Of a stretch of DNA of 40,759 bases, positions 17,799 to 26,705 are shown piece after piece. The notes under the pieces were generated by a model. The model saw only the letters and a list, made by a program, of their open reading frames with translations, was not told the DNA's origin and made no database searches. The position numbers and the translations under genes are program-made. The stretch lies in NCBI GenBank assembly GCA_016926185.1, contig JAFGPD010000027.1, positions 1 through 40,759 on the forward strand, written 5' to 3'. The DNA comes from Candidatus Woesebacteria bacterium (GTDB taxonomy: Bacteria > Patescibacteriota > Microgenomatia > UBA8517). Numbering within the stretch: the first letter of the stretch is position 1; every line of letters begins with the position of its first letter.

Positions 17799-19853
17799 TT
17801 AGATTACTCGGCCAAAGTTCTCGAAGAGATAGACGTAGTCAATAATATTGACAACTCCATCATAATTTATATCCGAATCTGGATCGACTAGATCTGGATC
17901 AGAAGCCAATTTCCCAAAATCTCGGAACAGTATTCCATAATCTATGATATCTACATCACAATCATTATCGATGTCTCCGGGAAGATACTCGTTTCCGCAA
18001 AGTTTTTCTACTACCTCAATGGTAATAGGAGTAGTAGATTCCAAAGCGTTTTGATATACGTTTACGGCTGCCACTAAAGTATCTTGTGCGAAACTGATCG
18101 TTGTGGTTCCTACCGCATCAGCGCGAAAATCTATTGCTGCTAAAGTACCAACTCCTTGCACCCCTTCATTATTAGGGTCAGGAGGAGTAAGTATTGTGTA
18201 GTTGATTGTTCCAGCGCCGTTGTTAATTATTTCGTTGGTATCATCAGGATTTACAAAGAAGCTTTGCGGGTAGATATCCAAAGCTGTAAGTACACTGCGA
18301 TTTGTGCGTGAGATCTCCAATTCAGTTCCAATCACTTCATTAACACCGGTATTTATGTCGATGTAAACTGGAAATTCTGTTCCCAAAGCAACTCTAAGCT
18401 CGTCCGATCTCAGCAACAATGTGGTATCGGGTGGGCGGGAAGTGGCCGGTGTGGAAGTGGGGCGAGGTGTCGCAGTTGGGTTTGGAACTGTTGGTGTTGG
18501 TGTGGAAGTGGATACTGGTGTGTCTGTTAATGTAATAACTATTTGTGGAGAGGTGCCTGATTCTAATGAAGAATACATAAAACCGTTATTGCTTGCAGAC
18601 GATATTGCGAGAACAATTTCTTTATTAGCATAAGTACTCAATCTATATTTGACCCAATTAGTAATGTCAGCTTGTTGATCTGCAGTTCCGTCAGCTGTAA
18701 AACTGGTAAAGGGGTTATAAAGACCGACTCTATTGTTGTATGTCATATTCCCGTCCCAGTTATAGGAATTCGGTACATGAACAGACTGAAGGGAGGATGA
18801 TCCCTCATTAGAAGATACGCCCAATACGATACTGGCATTAGTGATTGTTGCAGGATCTACGTTAGGTAGAATGAATCTAAAGAAACTTATTTGTTCAGGT
18901 GAACCATCTACTCCAAGATTTATACTATCTCCAAAAGACGTGTTTGGCTGCGCTGCATCGACGTATGTGTCCTCAATTGCTTCGATTATCACTGTATTTG
19001 CGGGGACAGGAGTAGCAGTTGGTCTGGGAGTATTTGTCGGTCTAGGGGTAGAGGTGGGAGTAGATGTTATCACAGCTGTCGGGTTAGCAGGGTTAAGAAA
19101 TACTGTTAAAGGATCAAGCTGAGCTGGCAAACTTACTATTGGTTCCACAGCCGTATCAATACTTGTACAGGGTATTGCCGTGTTTTCATTGTCATAGCAT
19201 GTTTCTACAAATGAAATTTGCGTTTGGGTTGTTTCATTACTTATTGCGACAAAATGTAATTTGATTATTCCTGCAATACCACTTATGTGATCTTCGCAAT
19301 CGACGGTATCTCCATTAGGTCTGAAACATTGTTGTGTAGCATTATCATAGTCCCAGCCACCGATCAGTGATATGAAAAATTCACCTGTTGAGTTTGCCTG
19401 ATCAACTGCCGCTTGAGAATCGGGGAGTACTGCGTCTCCGATTCTATGATAAAAGTATGGATTTACCTCTGTAATATTTTCATCAGGGCTTACGATAATT
19501 GGTTGAGCTAAATTTATCAAAGAATTGTCAAAAGATACCATCACTTGGAAAGTTCTAACCTGATTATTTTCACCCGGGGTGGTGTCACTCGTTCCGGTAT
19601 CAAGCATAATATTTAACAAAGGTTCAGCACCTGTCTCATTTATATAATTTAATTCTATATTTGGTCCTTCTGCCCAATAAACTCTGGTACCAGCTGCTCG
19701 GGATGTATATAGCGCAAAACTGACAATCAAAAGAACAGTGACCGGCACACTTATCAAGATTATCAAAAGAGCAAGAAGTTGATATGTCACTGACCATTTC
19801 TTGAAGTCTTTGAAGGACTGAAAAATCTTTGCATTTCTGAGTTTTTTGAACAT
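17799..19853 (-). CDS. Multidomain surface protein: TM + cohesin-like + PT linker + DNRLRE/CBM96-like + PT linker + cohesin + dockerin
   Basis: 'EDTYVDAAQPNTSFG...SFFRF...SSLESGTSPQIVIT' DNRLRE pattern; duplicated Ca-binding loops GDIDNDCDVDIIDY / SDINYDGVVNIIDY. Confidence 0.8.
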   Translation of the reverse strand: MFKKLRNAKIFQSFKDFKKWSVTYQLLALLIILISVPVTVLLIVSFALYTSRAAGTRVYWAEGPNIELNYINETGAEPLLNIMLDTGTSDTTPGENNQVRTFQVMVSFDNSLINLAQPIIVSPDENITEVNPYFYHRIGDAVLPDSQAAVDQANSTGEFFISLIGGWDYDNATQQCFRPNGDTVDCEDHISGIAGIIKLHFVAISNETTQTQISFVETCYDNENTAIPCTSIDTAVEPIVSLPAQLDPLTVFLNPANPTAVITSTPTSTPRPTNTPRPTATPVPANTVIIEAIEDTYVDAAQPNTSFGDSINLGVDGSPEQISFFRFILPNVDPATITNASIVLGVSSNEGSSSLQSVHVPNSYNWDGNMTYNNRVGLYNPFTSFTADGTADQQADITNWVKYRLSTYANKEIVLAISSASNNGFMYSSLESGTSPQIVITLTDTPVSTSTPTPTVPNPTATPRPTSTPATSRPPDTTLLLRSDELRVALGTEFPVYIDINTGVNEVIGTELEISRTNRSVLTALDIYPQSFFVNPDDTNEIINNGAGTINYTILTPPDPNNEGVQGVGTLAAIDFRADAVGTTTISFAQDTLVAAVNVYQNALESTTPITIEVVEKLCGNEYLPGDIDNDCDVDIIDYGILFRDFGKLASDPDLVDPDSDINYDGVVNIIDYVYLFENFGRVI

Positions 19854-19876
19854 AAACTAAGCACTTAGTTACATTA

Positions 19877-19906
19877 ATAGTAAACTTACCGGTAAAGCAT
19901 TGTCAA
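19877..19906 (-). promoter_or_regulatory. sigma70 promoter of cohesin/dockerin gene
   Basis: TTGACA-18-TACTAT on minus strand; palindrome TTACCGGTAA in spacer. Confidence 0.55.
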
Positions 19907-20030
19907 TATGAAGATATAAAAGAGGCGAAAATTGTGGAAATTCACGTATTATGAATCTACCGAAGGTATTATAGGTATATATGATTTATCTAACTATGAT
20001 ACTCCGTTATAATAAATAATACTTTTTTGT

Positions 20031-21077
20031 ATGAGTAATTTAAAGAAAATACAAAAACGAAAACTTGACCATCTGCAAATTGCTGCTTCGGCGGAATCGC
20101 AGATTGGAGATACCGGCTTTCTGAATTACAAATTTATTCATAATCCTCTTCCTGAGAGCGATTTTGACAGGATCGATACTTCAACTCAATTTTTAGATAG
20201 GATAGTTAAATATCCAATATTGATATCTTGTATGTCTGGTGGAATAGCCGAAGGCGAGACTCTTAACAGAAATTTGGCTAAAGCTGCACAAAAGTACAAG
20301 ATTGCCATGGGATTTGGGAGTCAGCGAATAGCAATAGAGCATTCTGCCCTTGTACACCTTTTTGAGATGAGAGATGTTGCACCTGACATTCCGCTTCTTG
20401 CAAATATTGGGCTTGTACAGCTTAATTATGGCTTTGGCTTAAAGGAATTTCAAAAATGTGTAGATATGGTAGAAGCCGATGCTTTAGTGGTCCATATTAA
20501 TCCGATCCAAGAGGTTATTCAGCCGGAAGGAAATAGGAATTGGAAGGGGCTTTTAGGTAAACTTTCAAAAATCATTGATAAATTATCAGTTCCGGTGATT
20601 GCGAAAGAGGTGGGCTTTGGTCTTTCTGAAGATGCAGTAAAGAGGTTGTATAAAGTGGGTGTGAGGTATTTTGACACATCAGGATGGGGCGGGACAAATT
20701 GGGCAATGGTAGAGGGGCTAAGAAGTAAGTCAAACAGAGAATTGGGAGAATTATTCAGTGGTTGGGGGATCCCCACAACTGAATCTATAAAGATGTGTGC
20801 AAATTTCAAAGGATCATTACCTGATAGCGAAAGGAGTAAGATAAAAATAATAGGAAGCGGAGGAGTTAGAAATGGTGTTGATATCGCAAAAGCAATTTCA
20901 CTAGGTTCCGATATTGTTGGAATTGCAAGTCCTTTTGCCAAAGCGGCAATGAGATCAGTATCGGAAGTTGAGAAATTAATAGAAAGGTACGCAAAAGAAT
21001 TAAAAATAACGATGTTTGGAGTGGGAGCAGAAAGCATTAAAAAACTGAAAAAAGTTAAGTTAGTTGAACAAAAGTAA
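20031..21077 (+). CDS. fni: Type 2 isopentenyl-diphosphate delta-isomerase (FMN-dependent)
   Basis: RKLDHL, MSGG, GSQR, HINPIQE..QPEG, KEVGFG, GGTNW, SGGVRNG. Confidence 0.95.
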   Translation: MSNLKKIQKRKLDHLQIAASAESQIGDTGFLNYKFIHNPLPESDFDRIDTSTQFLDRIVKYPILISCMSGGIAEGETLNRNLAKAAQKYKIAMGFGSQRIAIEHSALVHLFEMRDVAPDIPLLANIGLVQLNYGFGLKEFQKCVDMVEADALVVHINPIQEVIQPEGNRNWKGLLGKLSKIIDKLSVPVIAKEVGFGLSEDAVKRLYKVGVRYFDTSGWGGTNWAMVEGLRSKSNRELGELFSGWGIPTTESIKMCANFKGSLPDSERSKIKIIGSGGVRNGVDIAKAISLGSDIVGIASPFAKAAMRSVSEVEKLIERYAKELKITMFGVGAESIKKLKKVKLVEQK

Positions 21078-21668
21078 TAATTCTTGCGGTTTTTTGATGA
21101 TGTAAGTTGGAATAGATTTTTTGAGCACACTTTCTGCTTCGTATCCCCAAGTGACTGCGGCCGACCTGACACTGACTCTTTTTGCAGCTTCGACGTCGCT
21201 TGTTTGGTCTCCGATATATATAGTATCTTTCTTTTTAAGCTTTATTTCTTTGATCACTTTTTTTATGGTACTATCTTTGCCGAAAAGTGAGCTAGTTGAG
21301 TAGACAAAATCAAAGCACATGTTTAGATCATTGTTTTTGAGGAAAGTTCTTACATTTTCCTCTGAATTATTGGTTATTATACCCAGCACATTACCTTTTG
21401 AGAGTTTTTTAATTACTTCATTGATCTTGGGGAAGGTCTTTAAACGTGGAATTATTTTTACCATTTCTTTGCTACCTTGTAACATCAGCTTTGGCAGTAA
21501 ATGTTTTGGAAAGTTAGTTTTTTTAATAAGCTTTTTAACACCAATAGAACGCGCATATTCAGGAGTTATATCGTCGCTGAAATATTCGGGAAAATTTTTC
21601 CTGAAGATTTCTATTGCAACATTGAAACTGTCACAGATCGTTCCGTCAAAATCAAAAATAAGGTTCAT
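21060..21668 (-). CDS. HAD-family hydrolase (phosphoglycolate phosphatase-like)
   Basis: FDFDGT motif I, YIGDQTSD motif IV, VTWGY. Confidence 0.9.
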   Translation of the reverse strand: MNLIFDFDGTICDSFNVAIEIFRKNFPEYFSDDITPEYARSIGVKKLIKKTNFPKHLLPKLMLQGSKEMVKIIPRLKTFPKINEVIKKLSKGNVLGIITNNSEENVRTFLKNNDLNMCFDFVYSTSSLFGKDSTIKKVIKEIKLKKKDTIYIGDQTSDVEAAKRVSVRSAAVTWGYEAESVLKKSIPTYIIKKPQELLLLFN

Positions 21669-21736
21669 ATCTTATATTATAATTTATTTCATGCTGCTGA
21701 GTCGTCATGATATAATTGTGCTCTGTAGAATTATCT

Positions 21737-23017
21737 ATGATACGAACAAAGTTATCTCCGCTTCCTAAAGATACTAAGGTTCCAAACCATGTCGCGATAA
21801 TCCCGGACGGTAATCGCAGATGGGCGAGAAGTAAGAATCTACATACTTTAAAAGGCCATAAAGCTGGTTTTGAACGTACAGTTGAACTTGGAAGAGCTAT
21901 GCGTAATTTTGGGATTCACACGACTACTATATGGGGATTTTCTACGGAAAATTGGGATCGAACCGAGGAAGAGATAAATTATTTAATGAAGCTTTATCAT
22001 AAACTTGTTGATGACTATCTGACTGACGCTCATAAAGAAAAAATTAGAATATTTCACTTAGGGAGAAAGGATCGTCTACCAAAATCATTGATTAATAAAC
22101 TAACAGATGCTGAGAAACAGACAGGGCATTATACTAAGTTTATTGTCAATATCGCTCTTGACTATGGGGGACACGATGATATTCTTCGAGCTGTGAAAAA
22201 GATAGTTGATAAAAATATTCCTTCTAGTGAGATTGATGAGGAACTATTTACTAGCTACACCGATCTTCATAACCAGCCTTACCCGTATGTCGATTTAATG
22301 ATTAGAACTTCAGGTGAGCAGAGGACCAGCGGCTTTTTACTTTGGCAATCTCATTATACAGAGTATTATTGGGAAAATAGTCACTTTCCTGATTTTACTC
22401 CTGAAAAGCTGAGAGAAGCTATTTTAGATTACTCAAGAAGGAGAAGGAGATTTGGAGGTAATGATGCAGAAGCACACTTTAAATTTAAACCTGAAGTAAT
22501 TGCCAAACTTGAGCTGAATTGGTGGAGGCTCGAGAGTGTTCCTGAGGGAACAAGGCTAAGAGATTATGCAGTATCTCACCTTGTAGAGCAATTTGGAATG
22601 AGTAAAACCTTAGCAAAAAAGGCTGCAAAATATATGGTTGAGGGCGCTTTGGAAGGTAAGGCAAAAAAATGGGGAAAATCTCTTGAGGCGATGAAACAAT
22701 TCTATCAGCTCGTTAGGGATGAAATAAAATTGGCCTTTGAACCCTCTCTGGCAGCATCTTTGCAAGTGAAGCTCTGGCGGGAGATTGAAAACAAAGATGA
22801 CATTGAAAAAGCAGTTGAGGCTCGGCATACTGCAAGGAATTTATATGCAGAAGTCTATCGCATGAGTGTCTATCAGGCAGCTAAGTTAGCGCATCTGAGA
22901 GTTTTGGCAAATATTGAAAAAAATCTTGCTGAGGCTGGAATGGGGGATCATCATTGGAAAAAGGCCCAAGATTATCTTGAGAAATTCTACTTCGCATTAA
23001 AAGAGAGAATAGCCTAA
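21737..23017 (+). CDS. uppS: Polyprenyl (undecaprenyl) diphosphate synthase with ~180-aa C-terminal extra domain
   Basis: HVAIIPDGNRRWA, FSTENWDR, IRTSGEQRTSGFLLWQ, RRRRFGG; start ATG 21737 downstream of TGaTATAAT. Confidence 0.93.
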   Translation: MIRTKLSPLPKDTKVPNHVAIIPDGNRRWARSKNLHTLKGHKAGFERTVELGRAMRNFGIHTTTIWGFSTENWDRTEEEINYLMKLYHKLVDDYLTDAHKEKIRIFHLGRKDRLPKSLINKLTDAEKQTGHYTKFIVNIALDYGGHDDILRAVKKIVDKNIPSSEIDEELFTSYTDLHNQPYPYVDLMIRTSGEQRTSGFLLWQSHYTEYYWENSHFPDFTPEKLREAILDYSRRRRRFGGNDAEAHFKFKPEVIAKLELNWWRLESVPEGTRLRDYAVSHLVEQFGMSKTLAKKAAKYMVEGALEGKAKKWGKSLEAMKQFYQLVRDEIKLAFEPSLAASLQVKLWREIENKDDIEKAVEARHTARNLYAEVYRMSVYQAAKLAHLRVLANIEKNLAEAGMGDHHWKKAQDYLEKFYFALKERIA

Positions 23018-23730
23018 AATTTATTTGTGAAGTGATCAATTTCAACAAACTCAGGTTTTCCACTGAAATTTTCCAAAAGTGAGATAAACTTGAAAAAATC
23101 CCTTTTGCTTTCAAAAGGATTTGTTAGATATTTTGGCAATGAGGCTCTTTCCACCCACTCAAGTTTCACCTCTTTGTTCGTTCTTATTTGTCCTTTCGGA
23201 TCATAAACTGCACAAAGATACATAAATTTATCTTCCAGCAATTTGTTTGTTTTAGTTTTGAATACCCGGAAGTGAACGATTGCACAAACATCAACCTTTT
23301 CAGCAGCAAGCCCTGATTCTTCTTTAAGCTCTCTTTTTGCAGCATCGGCAATTGACTCGCCATATTTGACCTTACCTGAGATGAATCCCTGACAGCCATA
23401 AAATGGCTGCTTGAGTCGAGTTCCAATTAAATATTTCTTTTTCTTCCCCCTTTTTTGTATACAGCACACCCACGCGGAAATCTTTGCCTGTTTTTCTACC
23501 TTTGCATTTTTATCATCGATCCTATTGGCGTATTCTTTGCCGATACTAGTTAATTTATATCTTCCGTTGATTTTTCTGATGAATTTGTATTTTTTTATCA
23601 GTTGATCTAGATGAAACTGAAACCGATTGTTTTCTATGAGATTACTGGGTTTCATGTCCGTATATCTCAAACTCTCAGAGAAAAGAAGTCTTTGCAAAAT
23701 ACCCAACTGAATATTGTGGAGTTGTTTCAT
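23014..23730 (-). CDS. Winged-helix + Nudix hydrolase fusion protein
   Basis: N-terminal 'LRYTDM..NNRFQFHLDQL..YKLTSIG' wHTH; Nudix box GKVKYGESIADAAKRELKEESGL. Confidence 0.85.
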   Translation of the reverse strand: MKQLHNIQLGILQRLLFSESLRYTDMKPSNLIENNRFQFHLDQLIKKYKFIRKINGRYKLTSIGKEYANRIDDKNAKVEKQAKISAWVCCIQKRGKKKKYLIGTRLKQPFYGCQGFISGKVKYGESIADAAKRELKEESGLAAEKVDVCAIVHFRVFKTKTNKLLEDKFMYLCAVYDPKGQIRTNKEVKLEWVERASLPKYLTNPFESKRDFFKFISLLENFSGKPEFVEIDHFTNKF

Positions 23731-23806
23731 TAATTGGGAGTATAAGATTGATACTTCGTTGTGTCTAGTCTAGTGGAGTCGACTTGAAGAATTGTCAAAG
23801 TTTTGA

Positions 23807-24523
23807 TCACTTGCCTTTTGAGTCTTCGGCACGTTTTATTTCTCTTTCGATCTTTTTGTCCTCTTTTTTTATAACTTCTTGAGCCTTCTCTCTTTTAACG
23901 TAAAAGTTCATCAGAGAGAAAGTGATCATACTTGCGAATACTACTCCTATGGTATTGACAATAAAAAGTAAAAGTGAACCATGGACAAGCTGCCAATTGA
24001 ATTCTGCAATTCCTATCCCAACAACCGCAAGAGGAGGAATGAGAGCAACAGAGATCGCAATACCCGGTAATGTTTCGTTTAACTGTGGTTTTACCAAAGC
24101 AAAGCTTCCTGCAAGCCCTGCAATTATTGCAACCATTACTATTGTCAATGAAGGTTCTGCCCTTGAAAGTATTTCGGGAGTTAAGGTTTGAAATTGAGAA
24201 GAGAAAAGCCAAGTGGCTGCAATTGCAGACCCTATCCCGTATGCGATCGATCTTGCCAAGGTAATAACACTTCTTGAGATAAGCCTGTGATCAGACATTG
24301 TTATTCCAAGTGACAAAGAAAGGATAGGATAAAGCATTGGCGCAATAAGCATGCTGCCTATGATAATTGCGGAGTTATTCAGATGAAGTCCAAAAGTTGC
24401 CGTGAGAACTGAAAGGATGATCATCAGAAAAAAATCTTGTCTGGGAGTACTTGCTGAGATCAATCTTTCTACAGCATCGTTTTTATCTTTTGATGTGAGA
24501 TTGTTGAAAAGTATTAACGCCAT
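23807..24523 (-). CDS. DUF389/TIGR00341-family membrane protein
   Basis: IIIGSMLIAP, LPGIAISVALIPPL motifs; multiple TM. Confidence 0.85.
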   Translation of the reverse strand: MALILFNNLTSKDKNDAVERLISASTPRQDFFLMIILSVLTATFGLHLNNSAIIIGSMLIAPMLYPILSLSLGITMSDHRLISRSVITLARSIAYGIGSAIAATWLFSSQFQTLTPEILSRAEPSLTIVMVAIIAGLAGSFALVKPQLNETLPGIAISVALIPPLAVVGIGIAEFNWQLVHGSLLLFIVNTIGVVFASMITFSLMNFYVKREKAQEVIKKEDKKIEREIKRAEDSKGK

Positions 24524-24853
24524 CAGAAATAGTGTAGCTTATTTATACTGCTTGTTCAAAGCAGTATTTTTTTATATTTATTACCTAATATTTTTCAATA
24601 TAACTGTAATACCATTTATGGAATGTGTTAGTTGCTTAATGGCCGGAGGACTGCGAAGGCGAAAACAATTACAAAAAGGATCAAAAGAAATATGGTGCCT
24701 AGATAGAGATTTTTGTTCATACTACTTAATTAATATATCTTTAAATTGAGTATTGCGCAAGTAAAGTAGGGGATGAGCTAATTTGAAGAATATATTTTTT
24801 AACTTTACAGTTTACAAAAACTTAAAAATTATTTTATAATAAAATATTCATAC

Positions 24854-24874
24854 TTTGTGTAATTTGTACACGAA
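24854..24874. promoter_or_regulatory. Putative NrtR operator (GT-N7-AC)
   Basis: TTTGTGT-aatttgt-ACACGAA between promoter TTTACA-18-TATAAT (24811-24840) and SD of NrtR-like gene. Confidence 0.6.
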
Positions 24875-24892
24875 GGAGGGAAGGAAAGAGAA

Positions 24893-25417
24893 GTGTCATA
24901 TTCAAGAAAAATATTTATCACAGGAATTTTGATTAGTTACTACAGAAAAGTAATTTACATTTGCACTAAGGATCAGATAATAAAAAATAATATCAAAAAA
25001 ACTCTTAGCGGATTATTTATTGATAATGTTTCGGGAAATATTTTCTGGACACCGATTGACATTAAGGAATCTTCAGGTGCCATGTATTTATTCTTTTTAG
25101 GAATAACCGACCATAAGGGGGTAAAAAATGATTACGATTTCAAGACCTTGAATAATAAGCTGACACGCAATGAAATGCTTGCTCTTGATATTATTAAGCA
25201 TAAGCTTTCCAAGTTGCAGCCTGAAGTAGTTGCACATTTTTTCAATAATGGATTTTTGATCAGTGAACTTTTTGATCTATATAGAACGCTAGTAGACAAG
25301 AATAAAGACCGCGCAAACTTTTATAAGCTAGTAAAGAAAAAAGACTATATTGTACCGGTGGGGAGAAGAAAAAGGGAAGTTTATCATCGCCCTCCTCAAT
25401 ACTATGAAATTAAATAG
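24893..25417 (+). CDS. NrtR-like regulator (C-terminal winged helix; degenerate Nudix part)
   Basis: 'FLISELFDLYRTLVDKNKDRANFYK...HRPPQYY' matches NrtR wHTH pattern; GTG start, purine-rich upstream. Confidence 0.7.
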   Translation: MSYSRKIFITGILISYYRKVIYICTKDQIIKNNIKKTLSGLFIDNVSGNIFWTPIDIKESSGAMYLFFLGITDHKGVKNDYDFKTLNNKLTRNEMLALDIIKHKLSKLQPEVVAHFFNNGFLISELFDLYRTLVDKNKDRANFYKLVKKKDYIVPVGRRKREVYHRPPQYYEIK

Positions 25418-25429
25418 TAAAAGCTGATT

Positions 25430-26008
25430 TTAGTCAGCTTGACCCTCTTTAGCTTGTTTTACTAGTTTCATGATAAATTTGTAATCGGATTGTAATTCTG
25501 CTTTTACTTCAGACAGGCTTACTGTTGACCATTTTTCTTTTACTTTGTATTCTGCCAAATCTATCACTTTATTGAAAGACATTCCTTCCTTGCTGAAATC
25601 TGCTATTGAACGCAAAAACCCGGAAATTGTAACAAATCTATAACAGTCTGCATTGGCAACAATCTCTGCTTCTTTCGACTTGTATTCAATAGTGCCATGA
25701 TGGGCTTTAATACAATGTAGAACCTTTTCGATTAGTGGTTTATTATTTGTATGCTTTTCCAAAAAGCTCTTTGCTTCCACTATGCTCATTTTTACATGGT
25801 CTTTCAATTTGTCTTCTTGTAGTGCTTGGCCAATCTTTAGGTCCATTAATATTGTTCCCAGAAGAACTATGTTTTTGTCTGCATTATATTTTTCTGATAG
25901 CATTTGTCCCTTTACGTTCGAGAGTTTGAAGTTGAACATGCTTGGAGCACCGTATTTTTTGATCTCGGAAAAAGCAAGTTCTTTAGCTTTTTTAATCAAT
26001 TGTTTCAT
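25430..26008 (-). CDS. HD-fold protein with degenerate HD motif
   Basis: 'LLGTILMDL', 'DH', 'CIKAHHG', 'EAEIVANAD' HD-family spacing. Confidence 0.7.
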   Translation of the reverse strand: MKQLIKKAKELAFSEIKKYGAPSMFNFKLSNVKGQMLSEKYNADKNIVLLGTILMDLKIGQALQEDKLKDHVKMSIVEAKSFLEKHTNNKPLIEKVLHCIKAHHGTIEYKSKEAEIVANADCYRFVTISGFLRSIADFSKEGMSFNKVIDLAEYKVKEKWSTVSLSEVKAELQSDYKFIMKLVKQAKEGQAD

Positions 26009-26514
26009 TTGATTGATATTATTTTAGCAGAGTTGTTATTCGTATCGTAAATACCATAAGTTGCAGGAACAATTTTGCCTTTTTTGTATCCACAAACGGG
26101 ACCGGGATTAACCAATAATGTGCCACCAACTTTCTCATTTCTTGCCATATGAGTGTGCCCATGAAATACTGCGTCGTAATGAGTGGATTGTGCCAGTCTT
26201 TCTCCGATGTTGTCGTAGTGAATTACAGCTATCCTTCTTTGCTCTATTTCAATTTCACCCAGTTGATCTAGAAGTATCACGTTTCCCGTTTTTTGTTCAT
26301 ACACTTTTTGAGTTATTTTAAACCTGTCTCCATCCACATTCCCCCACACACAATATGCCTTTTGGAAATTACGAGTTGCTATATGAAATGTTTCGGAAGC
26401 ACAATAATCACCACAAAAGATCGCATATTTAATCCCCTCTTTTTTAATTTTTTCGAGGGCTTTATTAAGATTTCCAAGTTGATCATGGATGTCTGATAAT
26501 ACTGCCAATTTCAT
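26005..26514 (-). CDS. YfcE/MJ0936-like metallophosphoesterase
   Basis: SDIHD, CGD, GNVD, GHTH, VNPG. Confidence 0.92.
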   Translation of the reverse strand: MKLAVLSDIHDQLGNLNKALEKIKKEGIKYAIFCGDYCASETFHIATRNFQKAYCVWGNVDGDRFKITQKVYEQKTGNVILLDQLGEIEIEQRRIAVIHYDNIGERLAQSTHYDAVFHGHTHMARNEKVGGTLLVNPGPVCGYKKGKIVPATYGIYDTNNNSAKIISIK

Positions 26515-26561
26515 AAATAAGGTTGCTCTTACCCAGAAGTATTTCTACGAGGTATGTAGCA

Positions 26562-26669
26562 TTATCGTAAAAGTAAGGCTGCAATGATGACAATTACTAC
26601 AATGGCTGCTAAAGGCAGTATTGATCTCATTCCTTTCACTTGTTTCTTTTCTTTCTTTTCTTTAGCCAT
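26562..26669 (-). CDS. 35-aa single-pass small membrane protein (absent from ORF track)
   Basis: MAKEKKEKKQVKGMRSILPLAAIVVIVIIAALLLR*; SD AGGAGGTGA just upstream. Confidence 0.75.
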   Translation of the reverse strand: MAKEKKEKKQVKGMRSILPLAAIVVIVIIAALLLR

Positions 26670-26705
26670 TAAAGATCACCTCCTCACACCAAAACCATTC
26701 TTATT

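Noticed and set aside
20519-21172. 217-aa minus-strand ORF
   Set aside because: Antisense to fni with no recognisable motif
24618-24749. 43-aa ORF with CxxC (MECVSCLMAGG...)
   Set aside because: No SD, weak promoter, no recognisable family; cannot be supported without homologs
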